DNA of 64,000 bases from NCBI RefSeq assembly GCF_035084215.1, contig NC_090329.1:70060001-70124000 (forward strand), written 5' to 3'. Source of the DNA: Heptranchias perlo (Eukaryota). Positions 1 to 13,021 of the stretch are shown here, piece after piece. Below the pieces are notes generated by a model. It had not been told where the DNA came from. It was given only the letters and a program-made list of their open reading frames with translations, and ran no database searches. The translations under genes were made by a program, and so were the position numbers. Numbering within the stretch: the first letter of the stretch is position 1; every line of letters begins with the position of its first letter.

Positions 1-192
1 GCCGGTGATGGACTGGGGTGGACAAATGTAAGAAATCTTACAACACCAGGTTATAGTCCAACAGTTTTATTTGAAAATCACAAGCTTTCGGAGTTTACCT
101 CCATCACTCACCTGACGAAGGAGGTAAACTCCAAAAGCTTGTGATTTTCAAATAAAACTGTTGGACTATAACCTGGTGTTGTACGATTCCTT
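1..192. mobile_element. Penelope-like fold-back insertion (73-bp inverted arms) with hammerhead motif; truncated by window start
   Basis: Arms 30-102 and 120-192 are reverse complements with about 3 mismatches; same sequence family as 20490-20622; carries CTGACGA...(G)AAA motif. Confidence 0.7.
109..143 (+). ncRNA. Minimal type I hammerhead ribozyme, G12 mutated (probably inactive)
   Basis: cac-CTGACGA-a-ggag(gtaaa)ctcc-AAAA-gc-tt-gtg; the opposite arm retains GAAA (81-90 caagctttcg). Confidence 0.65.
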
Positions 193-194
193 GT

Positions 195-788
195 AGTTAT
201 ATAGGGCTTTGGTGAGACCGCACCTAGAGTATTGTGTACAATTTTGGTTTCCTTACCTAAGAAATGATATACTTGCCATAGAGGGGGTGCAAAGAAGGTT
301 CACCAGACTGATTCCTGGGATGGCGGAATTGTCGTATGAGGAGAGATTGAGTGGACTAGGCTTGTATTCTCTAGAGTTTAGAAGAATGAGAGGTGATGTC
401 ATTGAAACATACAAAATTCTTACAGGGCTTGGCAGGGTAGATACAAGGAGAATGTTTCCCCTGGCTAGGGAGTCTAGAACCAGGGGTCACAGTCTCAGAA
501 TAAGGGGTAGGCCATTTAGGACTGAGATGAGGAGAAATTTCTTCACTCAGAGGGTGGTGAATCTTTGGAATTCTCTACCCCAGAGGGCTGTGGAGGCTCA
601 GTCATTAAGTACATTCAAAACAGAGATCAATAGATTTCTAGATAGTAAAGACATCAAAGGATGTGGGGATGGTGCGGGAAAATGGTGTTGAGGTAGAAGA
701 TCGGCCATCATCTTGTTGAATAGCGGAGCAGGCTGCAGGGGCTGGATGGCCTACTTCTGCTCCTATATCTTATGTTCTTATATTCTTA
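195..788 (+). mobile_element. CR1 LINE 3' fragment (ORF2 C-terminus, 3' UTR)
   Basis: ORF 209-691 VRPHLEYCVQFW...RRMRGD...FFTQRVVNLWNSLP; tail TCTTATGTTCTTAT. Confidence 0.95.
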
Positions 789-1419
789 ACAACATGAACA
801 TGAGAAATTACAATAAAGTTGATTGTAAAGCCACTAAAGTCAAAATGGGGAAAACAAATTGGGGAAATTACTAGAGGAGAAAAGTAAACTCTAGTTGAAA
901 ATTGAATGTTTTTAAAGAGATTTCTTGAAAAGTTATTTGGGAGACTTTCCTTCTTTATTTATAAGCAAATGTTGCAATAAATAACAAGCCACCTCAAATC
1001 ACAATTGTATCAGTTCAGGTTGATGTTAGAATGGTGAAAATAACACAGTTTTTCTGACTCTTCTCCCACTTCACAAGAAAAGGTTTATCAAAAACCTTGA
1101 ATGAAAATCATGCTTCTTTAAACATATGAATTGGGAATGGTACAAAAAATAAATGTCCCATATAGAAGTTGGAAGGTTAATGTCAAAAACTAGATTTAAA
1201 TAGTTAAAAGAGGTAAGTTCAAAATGTTATAAATAAAAAACACAAATGTTTATTCATAGATTTAAGGAAACAAGGAGGTAAGAAAATAATAAAAAATAAA
1301 ACTTTAGCTTAAAATTGTTTAAAAGGTAAGTGACAATATTGCTAGCCCTTGTTTGGAAAACTGACCAAAACATGTCTAAAAGATGTAAATGGCACACTAA
1401 TCATGCAGGAACAAACTGA

Positions 1420-1872
1420 TATTTGGTAAATGAAATGCCCGGTGTGGGACTGAGCCATTCAGTCTGGAAGGATCTCAGATGCAATCAGAGCTAGCTGATC
1501 TCAGATGGAGTAGCAGTAAGGGTGTTATATTTTACCTCAACGACCCCGGGGAAGAGGAAAATCAGCCAGTGTCCATACTCACTTTCCCAANNNNNNNNNN
1601 NNNNNNNNNNNNNNNNNNNNNNNNNNNNNNNNNNNNNNNNNNNNNNNNNNNNNNNNNNNNNNNNNNNNNNNNNNNNNNNNNNNNNNNNNNNNNNNNNNNN
1701 NNNNNNNNNNNNNNNNNNNNNNNNNNNNNTGTTAGTCTTTGTATAGTTGCATAACCTGCTGACGCTCACTGTTTAGCCTTACATATGAAAAACGGTCACT
1801 TGGGCAAGGTACTGGAAGGTTGCTGCCACCTGTGCTCAAGTTAGTGCCTTTAGGAGATGAGGAGAGAAAATT
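1420..1872 (+). mobile_element. LF-SINE-like element spanning the assembly gap
   Basis: GAGCTAGCTGATCTCAG...GGAAAATCAGCCAG before the gap and CCTGCTGACGCTCACTG...GGTCACTTGGGCAAGGTACTGGAAGG after it resemble LF-SINE as recalled; similar to 30885-31240. Confidence 0.65.
1591..1729. other. Assembly gap (139 N)
   Basis: Run of N. Confidence 1.
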
Positions 1873-2544
1873 GAAAAAACATCACAAAAAGCAAGAAGAA
1901 AACACAATGAGCTGGATTTTATTAGTGAAGGATTCTTCATCACTGAGCAGTATACTTCAACAATAGCACCAGGATTAAGAATCATCTATTTTATTTTTTT
2001 CTTACAGTTTTGATCTCTCCACTAGATCACAAAGATAAGTACAAACAAGGGAGGCAACTGGCCCATCTAGCTCATCCTCCCATAGAAGTCTATGGTTCCC
2101 CATATCTCAGCAATGTGAATGGTTCCACTATTTCTTTCACTTCACTCACTTGAATGACTCCACTAGCATTTAAAAGCCTTTGTTCTCATTTAACAAGTTT
2201 ACAGGTAAATTCCAAGATTTTAAAAACATTCTTGGTCAGCTTTTATTGAATTTGCCACCCAGCAATTAACAGACTTGTTAACCTAGCTGATTTCCCAGAA
2301 TCTTGTTTTTTATGAATCTCACAAAACCTTTTTCAGCTGTACACGGAATTAGCATAAGATGCAATCTTTTCTCTTGTTGCCTCACCAGCACATCATTAGA
2401 AAATGTAGAAAATGAGAATTATTTATATGAGAAGCATGAAATTGTACTGTGTGATATTAGCGATAAATGCATTCATAGGTTGATATAAAATATTTCTGTC
2501 TGCATTTAAAATGCCTTCATCAAAAGCAGCATACAAAGGAAGTT

Positions 2545-3680
2545 CATACTAAAACACTAACATTTTATTTACTAATATCACACAATGTGATTTCAACTGA
2601 AAATAAATAACTTCAAACATTTTTCTTGAGTTCTTTTGAAACATTGAATTTCTCCACTAATTGTCACTTTGATATTTGTAATATTTATTTTTCCTATTAA
2701 TTGTAATTTTTCAATTAAAAACTGAACAGCATCTGTAATTTTTTTTAAAAATGAAAATGAAAAAACCTACCAGTATTATGCTACTGACAAGTACACCTGT
2801 TCTATTTCGCCGTTACCGAGTTCTTGTCAGCAATGTGTAACAAATTAAAGAGCTAGATTTGAATAACGGGCGTTCCTAACATTCCAGTCAATCAAAATGT
2901 TTCCTGATGTATATGCAATAAACTAGTAAATAAATAATAATAATTCCCAAAACTATATACTATAATGCTACACGTAGAAGGATATTCATGTCATAAACAT
3001 ATACTCTGAGAACTCAGTAAAGGAAATATATTTTTTTATTTGAAATACAGGTGCTTTTAAGCAGTTTAGTGGCATCTGTTGACAACAATGACACTAGCTC
3101 GGGTGTGTGCACTGTTTCTTACAGAGGTCATAAACGGAAACTTAAAAACAATACTTTAAAAGAAAGGTAACAGTTGGTTCTCCAGGCTTCAAATGACATT
3201 TATTACATTCCTCTATATTACAAGGCAGCAATCTGTTAATAATTAAAAGAAAAAAGAAAAAAAGATCCTGTTGTCATTTTATACAGAAACCAGAACATGC
3301 ACAAATGCATATCACATTTGATGAGGAAACTCCGACGCAGAAGCTAAAGACTTCCCTTAATATGGAATAGCTTTTCTCAGCATAATTGGCTCTTTTTTAA
3401 CCCTTAAAGGGCTAGTCATGATATTTGTTGTGCTAACCATCTGGAGTTCCAATTTATTCGGTAGGGCAGGGGTTAATTATGCATAATGTTGTATAAACTT
3501 AGGTACATCTACACTTTCGGCTTCAACTGAAGTCCTTGAAATGATTAGCAGTGTCCATGAAGGTCAGGAATAAGGATTAGAAGTAGGAATCCAGCGCTGG
3601 ATCCATTATACAGTGCACTTCTATAGGTTAGCTTGTTAATACATAGCAGCATCAGAAATCTCAGCAACCAAGTGAGGCTT
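2545..3680 (-). promoter_or_regulatory. rspo3: rspo3 3' UTR (distal end uncertain) with AATAAA signals and AU-rich element
   Basis: Repeat-free AT-rich DNA after the stop; minus-strand AATAAA at 3199-3204, 3035-3040, 2684-2689, 2564-2569; TTATTATTTATTTA around 2927-2943. Confidence 0.6.
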
Positions 3681-3886
3681 TTAGTGAACAGTGCTCACTG
3701 TTGTGGGTATCTGTTTCTTATTCTGCCCTCTTCGTTTCTTGTTTTCAGGCTTTTCTTTCCTTACTCGTTCTTCTCTGTTGTCTTTATTTTCTTTGCCCCT
3801 ACTGCTGACTTTAGCTTGTTTGCCTTGCATTGCTTCTTTATTGCCTTCTTTTGTTGATTTATTTTTCTTCTCTTTGCCCTTAGTTC
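3681..3886 (-). CDS. rspo3: R-spondin 3, last coding exon (basic C-terminal tail)
   Basis: Acceptor ttttatcttag|GA at 3887-3888, phase 1 matching the upstream exon; GTKGKEKKNK...KKRRGQNKKQIPTTVSTVH*; the VSTVH terminus is characteristic of RSPO3. Confidence 0.93.
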
Positions 3887-5469
3887 CTAAGATAAAAGTG
3901 CACAGATTAAGTATCAATAATCCAACTTAAAGTTAAGAACACAAGAAAGCATAGAATAAGAAAAAGTTATTTGGTATGTCCTTTATCAGACCATGTAGAA
4001 TCTGCTCTATCATGGACTCTACTCAACCCATTTCATATCCTGAGGAAGATAAATGTAAATCAAGTAAAACTTCAGAATACCTATCAAGACTTTAATCCTA
4101 CATCACACATCCTAACCTAGTTAAACCAGATAAATACATTTGTTTTGGTCTGCATCCTACCTGTTGTGGATCTCAATGCTTTAAATGCATTTTAGTCCAA
4201 TGGATTAATAAAGTATTGACTGCTGGTTTTGGGCCATGAAGTAAAACATCTCCAGCGCAATCAAGTATTCAACAATGAGTTTAGCTAATGAGCATCATAA
4301 CTACCATTGCTTAAGGGCAGTATAACAATGACCTTAACATATGGGCAGTACAACATGTTCTTGATCACTTCCGACATCCCTGGTCAGTAACTTATCACAG
4401 CAGCCCTTCTCTACAGTTGTTATTATTTATAATATTCAGTGGCTGGATCAAGAGCTGCAGCAGAAGTGGTTTTAGACCAGATTGCCTCTGCCCCATGCCC
4501 CTTCCTGGCTGGAAAAGGTGCAAGGGGTGTGAATAAGAGTAAAATGCCCCCTTCTGCTGCTGGAAAAAAAGAAGGCATGTAAACAAAGGTATTAAATGTT
4601 ATTTGTATTGTGAAATAAATGTTTGCAAATATACCTCAAATCAGGCAGTGCAAAATAACTATGGTGAACAGCTGTCAGATCTTTTTAAAAGAAAAGTTGA
4701 AAAAAGATCATGTATGGCCCACATCTCGTGGAAAAAGAACCCAAATACCTTGATGATTAATCAACAAAGCATGAAACTCAGACATAGCCAAAGAGTTATT
4801 GTTTGACATTTTCTTATAATGAAGATATTACATTTCACAGCTGCACTACAAAAAAGGGGAAAAAAATGTCAAACACAATGAATGGCACATCCTGAGGCCC
4901 TCGGGTGCATTTCGGCATTTCTTAGTTATTGATGATAAAAGGACCCTGAGATCATTGCACTTCTGACTTTTAGTATGTTGCAAACTATTTAGAGCAGTCG
5001 AGATAAAGGGGAGGGTTTTTTGTCGTAGCCGATATGTCTTTGTCCTCCGCATGAATCCTATCAGCTGGGGAATGCATGCTTCCTTCCTCTTTTTTTCTTT
5101 TCCATTTCCATTCTGACTGTTCAAACTAACTACGTCTCTATCATAGTCATTGTGAAACAGCTTTGAAATCCTGTAATACTTCTATATTGTTTCAAGAATG
5201 TAAGGCTCAAAGTTTACTTTTAGCAAGCTGCAGCTGTGGATTGCACATTGAGAAAGACCCCTATAAGTACTGCAAACACAATTGACTCAAGACTGCTATT
5301 TGTACAGTGAAAGCATAATTTCAGTGCATGTGATGTTCAAATATTCCTTTGGGAGTCAGGGTTTCCCCCCAATTTTTTTCCCTCTACTCATGCACTCTCG
5401 TACCTCACACAAGTGGCCATTTTTAAGATATGAGTCTATTTCCTCACACATGAGAAATTTGATATTACA

Positions 5470-5615
5470 ATAGCATGATACAGAACCATTTAGCCTATGA
5501 CAGTTCCAGATTCAGTCCCTGGTCAATGCTGAGTTAGCTGAGGCAGGTGTTGGGGCACTAGAATTCGCCTCACTGCCTCCAGACTAGAGAGGGTGAAAAT
5601 CAGCCAAAGCTTTTG
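5470..5615 (+). mobile_element. LF-SINE-like 5' fragment
   Basis: CCTGGTCAATGCTGAGTTAGCTGA...GGGGCACTAGAATTCGCCTCA...GAAAATCAGCCA. Confidence 0.6.
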
Positions 5616-6087
5616 CTCAATTGAATGGCTCCATGCCCAACTTTCCTTCCTTGCCTGGCCAGATTATGCCATCTTACCAGCATAACCTCAGAGGCAATTC
5701 GGGACCCATTTCTCTTCATAGAACAGTTTGAAGACACTCCATTGTGACCAGAAACACCTGAGGCTGCTGAATGCTGAGCCAACATATTTTGCCATTAATG
5801 ATCAAGTGCTTCTTGGCTCATTAAAGTCCTGAATCCCACTATGCCTTGGAGGTTGAGCATAGTACTGAGTCTAGACATTGCTTGAAAGTATCTATTAATT
5901 CCCTAAAACTACAATTATCTATTCTCACCCCCTTGAGTATCCCTATCATCATCTTCCTAAACCTGTCTGCAATCCCTATCTTCATCTCCTTCACCCCCAT
6001 TTGGATTCCCTATCCTCATCTCTTTCACTCCCTCTGCAATCCATGTCCTTGTCTCCCTCTTCCCCTCTGGAATCAGTCACTTTCACC

Positions 6088-7228
6088 TCCAGAGGTGAGG
6101 TGAGAGTGACTGCCCTTGACGTCAAGGCAGAATGTGGCACCAAAGAGCCTTAGTAAACCTGAAGCCAATGAGGATCAGGGGGAAAACTTTCCAGTGGCTG
6201 GAGTCATACCTGGCACAAAGGAAGATGGTTGTGGTTGTTGGAGGCCAATCATCTCAGCCCCAGGACATCACTGCAGGAGTTCCTCAGGGCAGCGTCCTAT
6301 GCCCAACTATCTTCAGCTGCTTCATCAATGGTCTTCCCTTCATCATAAGGTCAGAAGTGGGGATGTTCGCTGATGATTGCACAGTGTTCTGCTACATTCG
6401 CAATTCCTCAGATAATGAAGCAGTCCATGCCCACGTGCAGCAAGACCTGGACAATATCCAGGCTTGGGCTGATAAGTGGTAAGTAACATTCGTGCCACGT
6501 AAGTGCCAGTCAATGACCATCTCCAACAAGAGAGAGTTTAAGCATCTCCCCTTAACATACAATGGCATTACCATCACCGAATCCCCTACTGTCAAGATCC
6601 AGGGGATCACCGGAAACTCAACTGGACCAATCATATAAACGCCATGGCTACCAGAGCAGGTCAGAGGTGAGTGCCTCATTTCCAGACTCCCCATAGCCTC
6701 TCCACTGCCTACATGGCAATAATCAGGAGTGTGATGGAATACTCTCCACCTGCCTGGATGCATGCAGCTGCAACAACACTCAAAGCTCGACACCATCCAG
6801 GACAAAGCAGCCCGCTTGATCAGCGGCCGATCCACCACCTTAAACATCAACTCCCTAAACCACCAGCACACCATGGCTGTAGTGTGTACTATCTACAGGA
6901 GGCACTGCAGCAACTCGCCAAATTTTCTTCAACAGCACCTCCAAAACCCCAACCCCACCACCTAGAAGGACAAGGGCAGCAGGTGAATGGGAACACCATC
7001 AACTCCAAGTTCCCCTCCAAGTCACACACTATCTTGACTTGGACATATATCACCATTTTTTTGTCGTCACTGGATCAAAATCCTGGAACTCCCTACCTAA
7101 CAGCAATGTGGGTGTGCCTTCACCACATGGACTGCAGCGATTCAAGAAGAAGGCTTACCACCACCTTCTCAAGGATAACTAGGGATGGCCTTGCCAGCGA
7201 TATCCATGTCCCGAGAATTAATTTTTAA
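6088..7228 (+). mobile_element. LINE-B (CR1/L2-group APE-RT LINE), 5'-truncated, diverged
   Basis: RT motifs GVPQGSVL, MFADD, RSVMEYSP; collinear with 55417-58348. Confidence 0.93.
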
Positions 7229-9390
7229 AAATCCTTTTCCTCCTCTTCACCATCTCCTCTCCAATCCATTTCCCCTCCAGTATCTTACCTCATCTGTTAC
7301 TCGCCTACTACTTGTCCATTCAGATAATTCTACATATGAGGTCTTAGCTTTTACAAATAGGGAATACAATACAAAAAGAGTTAATTCTAAAACTGTACAA
7401 ATCATTGGTTGGGCTGCAGTTCAAATATTAGGTCCGATCTTCCTCTCCTGGCATTGTCCGGGAGCAATTAGAACAGATCACCCCAGATGCGCACTCCACC
7501 AGGCCCAGGATCAGTGCCCAAACTTGCTTTCAGTCCTTGGTGGTGCAATTTTGACTGCAGCAATAAAGAGCAAAGGAGGTCTGGGCGCATCCTGGGCCTT
7601 TAAGGCACAAGCACCATTAAAAGGGCAGGCACAATTAAAGCCCCATGGGAAAGCCAGAAGAATTTTTTTTTTGTATATAATGGGGTAGGATTATTACCTG
7701 CAAATCTTCTGACAAAGAATGGTAAGTTTTTTAATGAATGTACGTGTGCAAGAAGCTATGAATTGCATGTTGGTGGTCTTCACGATTATTTAAAGCTTGT
7801 GTACCCTGTAAATGAATTTGTGCTGCTGTATCATGGCTGGTATGGCAGCAACATCCCAAGTAGCAGTTCAGATGATCCTGCAGTCTGCCTTGGAGGGAGC
7901 TGGTAAGAGGGTGGCACTGTGCTACCAAGCAGTAGATGGAGGAACAGGGAAAACAAGTGCAGGTATGAAGAATGATGCTGCAGGAATAGGCGGAGGGTAC
8001 TCCTCTTTTTATTCCAGGTGGCACAGATCTGGTTTATGGTCAGGGTGAGGAGGTTTCCTCCAGTGCGGTAGGGAAACAGATATTTACGGCTCAGGAGAGG
8101 ACAAGGGGAATGACTTCAGCAGCTGTTAAAGGAGCTTTTGGTTGTTTCCCCGTTGTCTGTGACCAAATAAACCATAATCACAAAAGGTGGGGGGGCGGGG
8201 GGGGGGGGGGGGGCACAACACTAAACATGGTCTCCATCGATAAGTTTAAAAGACTAACAGCATTCTGCAACAAGAACAGAAGCAGCAAAATATTTTTGCA
8301 TTCAAAATGCCAAAAATAAAGACTTCTCTTGGCAATAGCAACCTGCATTTTAAGACAGATAGCAGTGAAACAGCAACTCTGTAATCAGTAATGCCAGGTT
8401 TTTGCCTCTGAACTTCAGCCGATGCCATTACAGGAAGTTTGAGTGCAGAGGTCTCTGATGTTCATTACACTACTTTGCATTATTGGGCCAACTTCACGTG
8501 CAGTCAGGTGGCAGACACCATAAAGTTCATGTGTGGTGCTATTCAAGAGAAAAATGAAGGCACTCAGGTGCGCTCCAGCTGCCTGATGCCCAAGTGACTC
8601 CCATATGAACATCAGGCAGTCGGAACGCACCCTTCCTGCACCTGCAATGACCTGAACCTGCTTGTATTTCTAGGTTCAGGTCATTATCATGCCTGGGTGT
8701 GGGGGGTGGGGGGATAGGAAATTGACCCAATGAAGTCTTCATTAAAGAAATGTGCACAAGATTCTCTGAACAGTTACTGACTGTACAAAGCCTGTAACTG
8801 ATGCCATGTGGATTAGAAAGTGAAAAAAAACATGTAGCCAACTTTAATGATACAAGTTCTGTGGGCATACCAAGATTCAAATGGCTCTGGCCTTCCTTGT
8901 CACTTGAGGAATATTAGTGTTGAAAGTAACGATCAGGTAAGCTTATTGCTCGCTTCATGTTAAGGCCATTGAGCCCAGCTGCACACAGACCTGCTAAGGA
9001 ATTAACTTTGGAGGTAACCTGAAATGGTGATTGTGAAACTTGTTGCCAGTTTGTGCCAAGCTGCAATTAGTTTATCCCAGTTTCTTCATAACCCTTGGTT
9101 TTAGGTCATTCCATCATGTTCAAAACTCTTTTCTGTTTTTTTTGTCTGCACTTCTGACCATGCATTCATGCATGTGGCAATTTCTGCCAGGTTTTGAAGG
9201 ACACACTAGTTTTAGCATGTTGGATACCTCTGCGAAATAACTTGGCTGCATTCCTCATTACTTCAACTCACTTACACTATTTTTGGAATCTGGAGCTGCT
9301 ACTACTCTCTATGAGTTTTCAGCATTGAGATCATTATATCCAAGCCTCACTGCTTTCTGAGAATCTTTATGGGGCTAATTAGAAAACATC

Positions 9391-10845
9391 GGGGCCAATT
9401 TTCATCCACCCTGTTTTAGGATGTTAACAGGATGGACGAGGTTGGGAAATCAGCTCCAACGGATTCCTGCTTGTTTTCGGCTCTGCTGAATCTTCCAGTC
9501 AGGCCTGGGATGGGCATATGAAGACCCTGTTTGAAGTCGGTGGGAGCTTCATTAACATATGTAAAAGGGGTCAGGGAAGGATGCTGCTCCATCTTCCAGC
9601 TCGTAAATATTGGATGCTAAGTCCACAATATGTCAATAAAATCCGATGGAAAGGACTTGAGATTTTACAGGTAAGTATTCAGTCCTTTTAAAGGCCCATC
9701 TTGTATTTATTTTTTCTAGCTGCCACTTAGGCTTTCATGAGACATTGTACCAATTGTAATTACTTTGTTTTGCCCTGAGCTCCAGAGGCTTTGCTATTGC
9801 TGGCATGTTCAAAGGAAGAGCAGTTGTTGTGGATTGATGACGGGTGGGTCAGACTACCCGAGAACTGCTTCATGTCCTCCCAGCAGCACCCGTACCCCTG
9901 CATCTGCAGACAGCGGTGAAGTTACCTCACTTCGGTAATCAGTGTGTTGGTGGAGGCTTCTTTTCCCTAAGGAAGCTATGCCAGCAGACCCTCGGTGACA
10001 TGATAATGAGATGTGAATGCCTGACTAACCATGCTGCTAGCAGGTTCTTCAGAAGCATCCCAATCACAATGTGTCATGCCGTACGTGGTACTGCAAGAAA
10101 GAAGGCATACAAGGGTAATCAGGAGCCAGCATTGCCTGTTTGGCCACGCCAGTCAAGATGTCACCAACTATTTCTGCAGGCCCTGGCAGACCTATCTGGG
10201 AATGACCATGGGAACATGCCTCCTCAGGATCAGCGGAGGAGCAGACGTCGAGCTGTGCCATTTCCTGTAGGACACCTGCAGCTACCATGCAGCAAAGGCT
10301 TTGCAAGGACAGTAATGGTCAGCTGCGACCTATGACTTGGCTGCATCTTCTTGCAGGTATGCTGCAGTGCTGACCTATGAGAACTCTCCTTCCAACTCAT
10401 GCAGTAGAAGCCATCAAAGAGGAGGCCAGGTGATGGACTGTGCCGTGCTGTCACTTGTCTGCAGACTTATGCCTGCACCTAGAGGTCCATTTCCATTTAT
10501 CTTGGTCGACCACTTTTTAATCTCATGCCCCTTCAGCCTTGACGAAGGATGCTAATGGTTTGAGATGCCTTTTAAAATTCTCCAGACGATTTCTAAATTT
10601 TTCTTCCCCTGTTTGTGACACCCGCCTTTAATTGTCCTATCGCTATAAATTTGACTTATAATGTTCCTCTTTCTACTAGTGGTGTAATTTCTTGACCCAT
10701 CTGATTTTGCCGCTGGAGCTGTGAATCATTAGGCAAATGAGGTTCGACAGTCGAATTGAATGCTATTTAAACATGAGCTTCAGACGGGTCTTAAAGCAGT
10801 GCAAACCAATTTTGATCTGACTCACACCCAAATTGTAAAATTAGG
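9391..10845 (+). mobile_element. Degenerate Harbinger-like element
   Basis: GGGGCCAATTTT terminus; 10180-10430 encodes remnants (RPWQTYLGMT..CLLR..VELCHFL) resembling the N-terminus of the 59369 transposase. Confidence 0.45.
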
Positions 10846-10996
10846 TATCAGCCTTGATTTGCTTAATTAGTAACACTCTTGCCTCTGAGTGAAAAGGTCA
10901 TGGGTTCAAGCCCCCTCATTATGAGCACATAGGCTGGCAATTCAGTGCAGTACTGAGGCAGTGCAACACTGTTTGAGGTGCTGTTTTTCAGATGCA

Positions 10997-12335
10997 GGGG
11001 TTAAATTGAATAACCTCTGAAAACGGGCACGAGGAGTACGGTACGCTATTAACCCGCGCCCGTTCATAGCTATGGGCAGCCAGCGCTACCTGCGCTGTTG
11101 ATTGGCTGCACGCATCAGCAGGAGGCCCCAACATCGCGAGTGGCTCGTGCTTCTTAAAGGCAATCTGCACGTCTTAAAGGGGAGGTGCATTGTGGCTGCA
11201 AGAAGTGATGGGAGTTGTTTCAAAACTGAATCTGTGCTGTGATACTTTGAAAAATGGCTGCCTCTGGGAGACAACGTGCACCAGGGTTCTCTGATGATGT
11301 ACTGGAGGCCTTGGTGCAAGAGGTGGAGAGAAGGAGGGACATCCTATATCCGCGGGGGGGGGGCGGGGGGGAGGCCCTCCAGACATATGCTCAAGAGGCA
11401 GTGGGAGGAAGTAGCAGATGAGGTAAATGCCAGGAGCAGAGCTCCAAGAACATGGATGCAGTGCAGGAAGAAGTTCGATGATTTAACACGAGTTGTCAGG
11501 GTGGGCGAGTTCAAGTTTCAAGTGGCGTATCCTACCAACTACACCACTAGCCTCATCCACTGCTCAATTCACTGCACCCTCATCACCCACCTATCAACAA
11601 TCTCTTTCAATCAGTACTCAACCATTCAAATCATATGCTTTATCTCACCTTCACACATTTAGCACTGTTGCAAGCCTCACACCCACAATTCACAGTTCAC
11701 ACACACTGGTAGCTATTCAAATATGACAGCCACATCACCCAAACATCTTGTAGGACTCTCACTGACACACTTCCCGCTTTCTTGCAGGAGAAGATGGCAC
11801 ATAACAGGAGGCAGCAGGTGGCAGTGGCTCCATGGATCATGAACCTGCTGTCCTCACTCAGGATGACAGCATTCCTGTCAGCCGGCCAGCCCACTTCCTG
11901 TAGAGTATTGATGCTTTATCCAAGTATAGGAAACCTCCAAAAACAGGTACAAATGCAGCAGCAGCCAGAAGAAATAATCCAGCAACTAACCTGTAACTCC
12001 TGCACGATCCCTTTAAATACCGCTGGTGGGGGTCCTTCATGCCCTTTAAGCCATGTTCAGTTGTACGAGGTTAATACAGTGCATTGGATGGTGTGTGGAG
12101 TTCCAAAATAGCAGCAGACCCTTTAAATCAGTGTTGCATACTGATCCGCGTCATAATCTCCCTACTCTGTAAGCTGCCGGCGGTCAATAGGCATGTGCAG
12201 CAAATCCCTTTACCAAGATGGCACCCTGCGCGCTTCCCGTCGGAAGTGTGTGTGCTCATCTCGGACCCCATTGTCAAGGCTTAGTTGGCCGTGTACTGCC
12301 TGAAAAATGGGCTCTAAAAGGCCCAATTTCACCCC
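10997..12335 (+). mobile_element. Internally deleted Harbinger derivative carrying Myb/SANT exon 1 and the start of exon 2
   Basis: TIRs GGGGTTAAATTG / CAATTTCACCCC; KRQWEEVADEVNARSRAPRTWMQCRKKFDDLTRVVR, donor at 11501, acceptor before 11788 (EKMAHNRRQQ); 11900-12330 is reverse-similar to 58860-59290. Confidence 0.88.
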
Positions 12336-12561
12336 TGCGATGTTTAACTGAAGCCCCATTTGCCCCCTCAGGTGGATGTAAACGATCCTATGGCACTATT
12401 CAAAGACGAGCAGGGGAATTCCCCCAGTGTACTGGCTAAACTTATCCCTCAACCAGTATCACTAAAACAGATAATCTGGTCATTTATCTCATTGGTGTTC
12501 ATGGGACCTTGCTGTGCGCAAATTGGTTGCTGTGTTTCCCAGCATTAGAACAGTAACTACA

Positions 12562-13021
12562 GGGCTGATTTTAACTCTCTCTGCCTGGCAGAAACAGGGC
12601 AGTAGTGGAGTTAAAATTGAGGTAGTCGACTTACCACTCCGATCCCTACCCCTGCTGCTGCCTTTTTAACTCGGACCTTCCGCTGGGAGGTCCAGGTGCC
12701 TGCCTGAATCAGGCGGGAACCTCATTAATCTAATGGAGTCTAATTTTAACGACCTACTGAGTGCTCCTCTGGTCTCCAGAAGAATAATGTAGGCCACTGC
12801 TGTCCTGGGCTCCCTCCTCCGCGATCGCCAGCAGCCCCACCCCTGCCTCCACCTTGCTGGCCAGGTTGGCTCCTGGGCCGCCCAATGTTGCAGCAGCACA
12901 CCCATTCAAAGCGCTCAGCTCATTGGTGGCATGTTAACGAGGCCCGGGCCTCCCGCCGGAGGGATTAGACGGCCGGCCCACACACTCCGCCAGGTGGCCA
13001 CCTGATAGTTAAAATCATTCC
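12562..13021. mobile_element. MITE (Harbinger-like termini)
   Basis: GGGCTGATTTTAACT ... AGTTAAAATCATTCC; interrupts the SINE tail. Confidence 0.75.
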
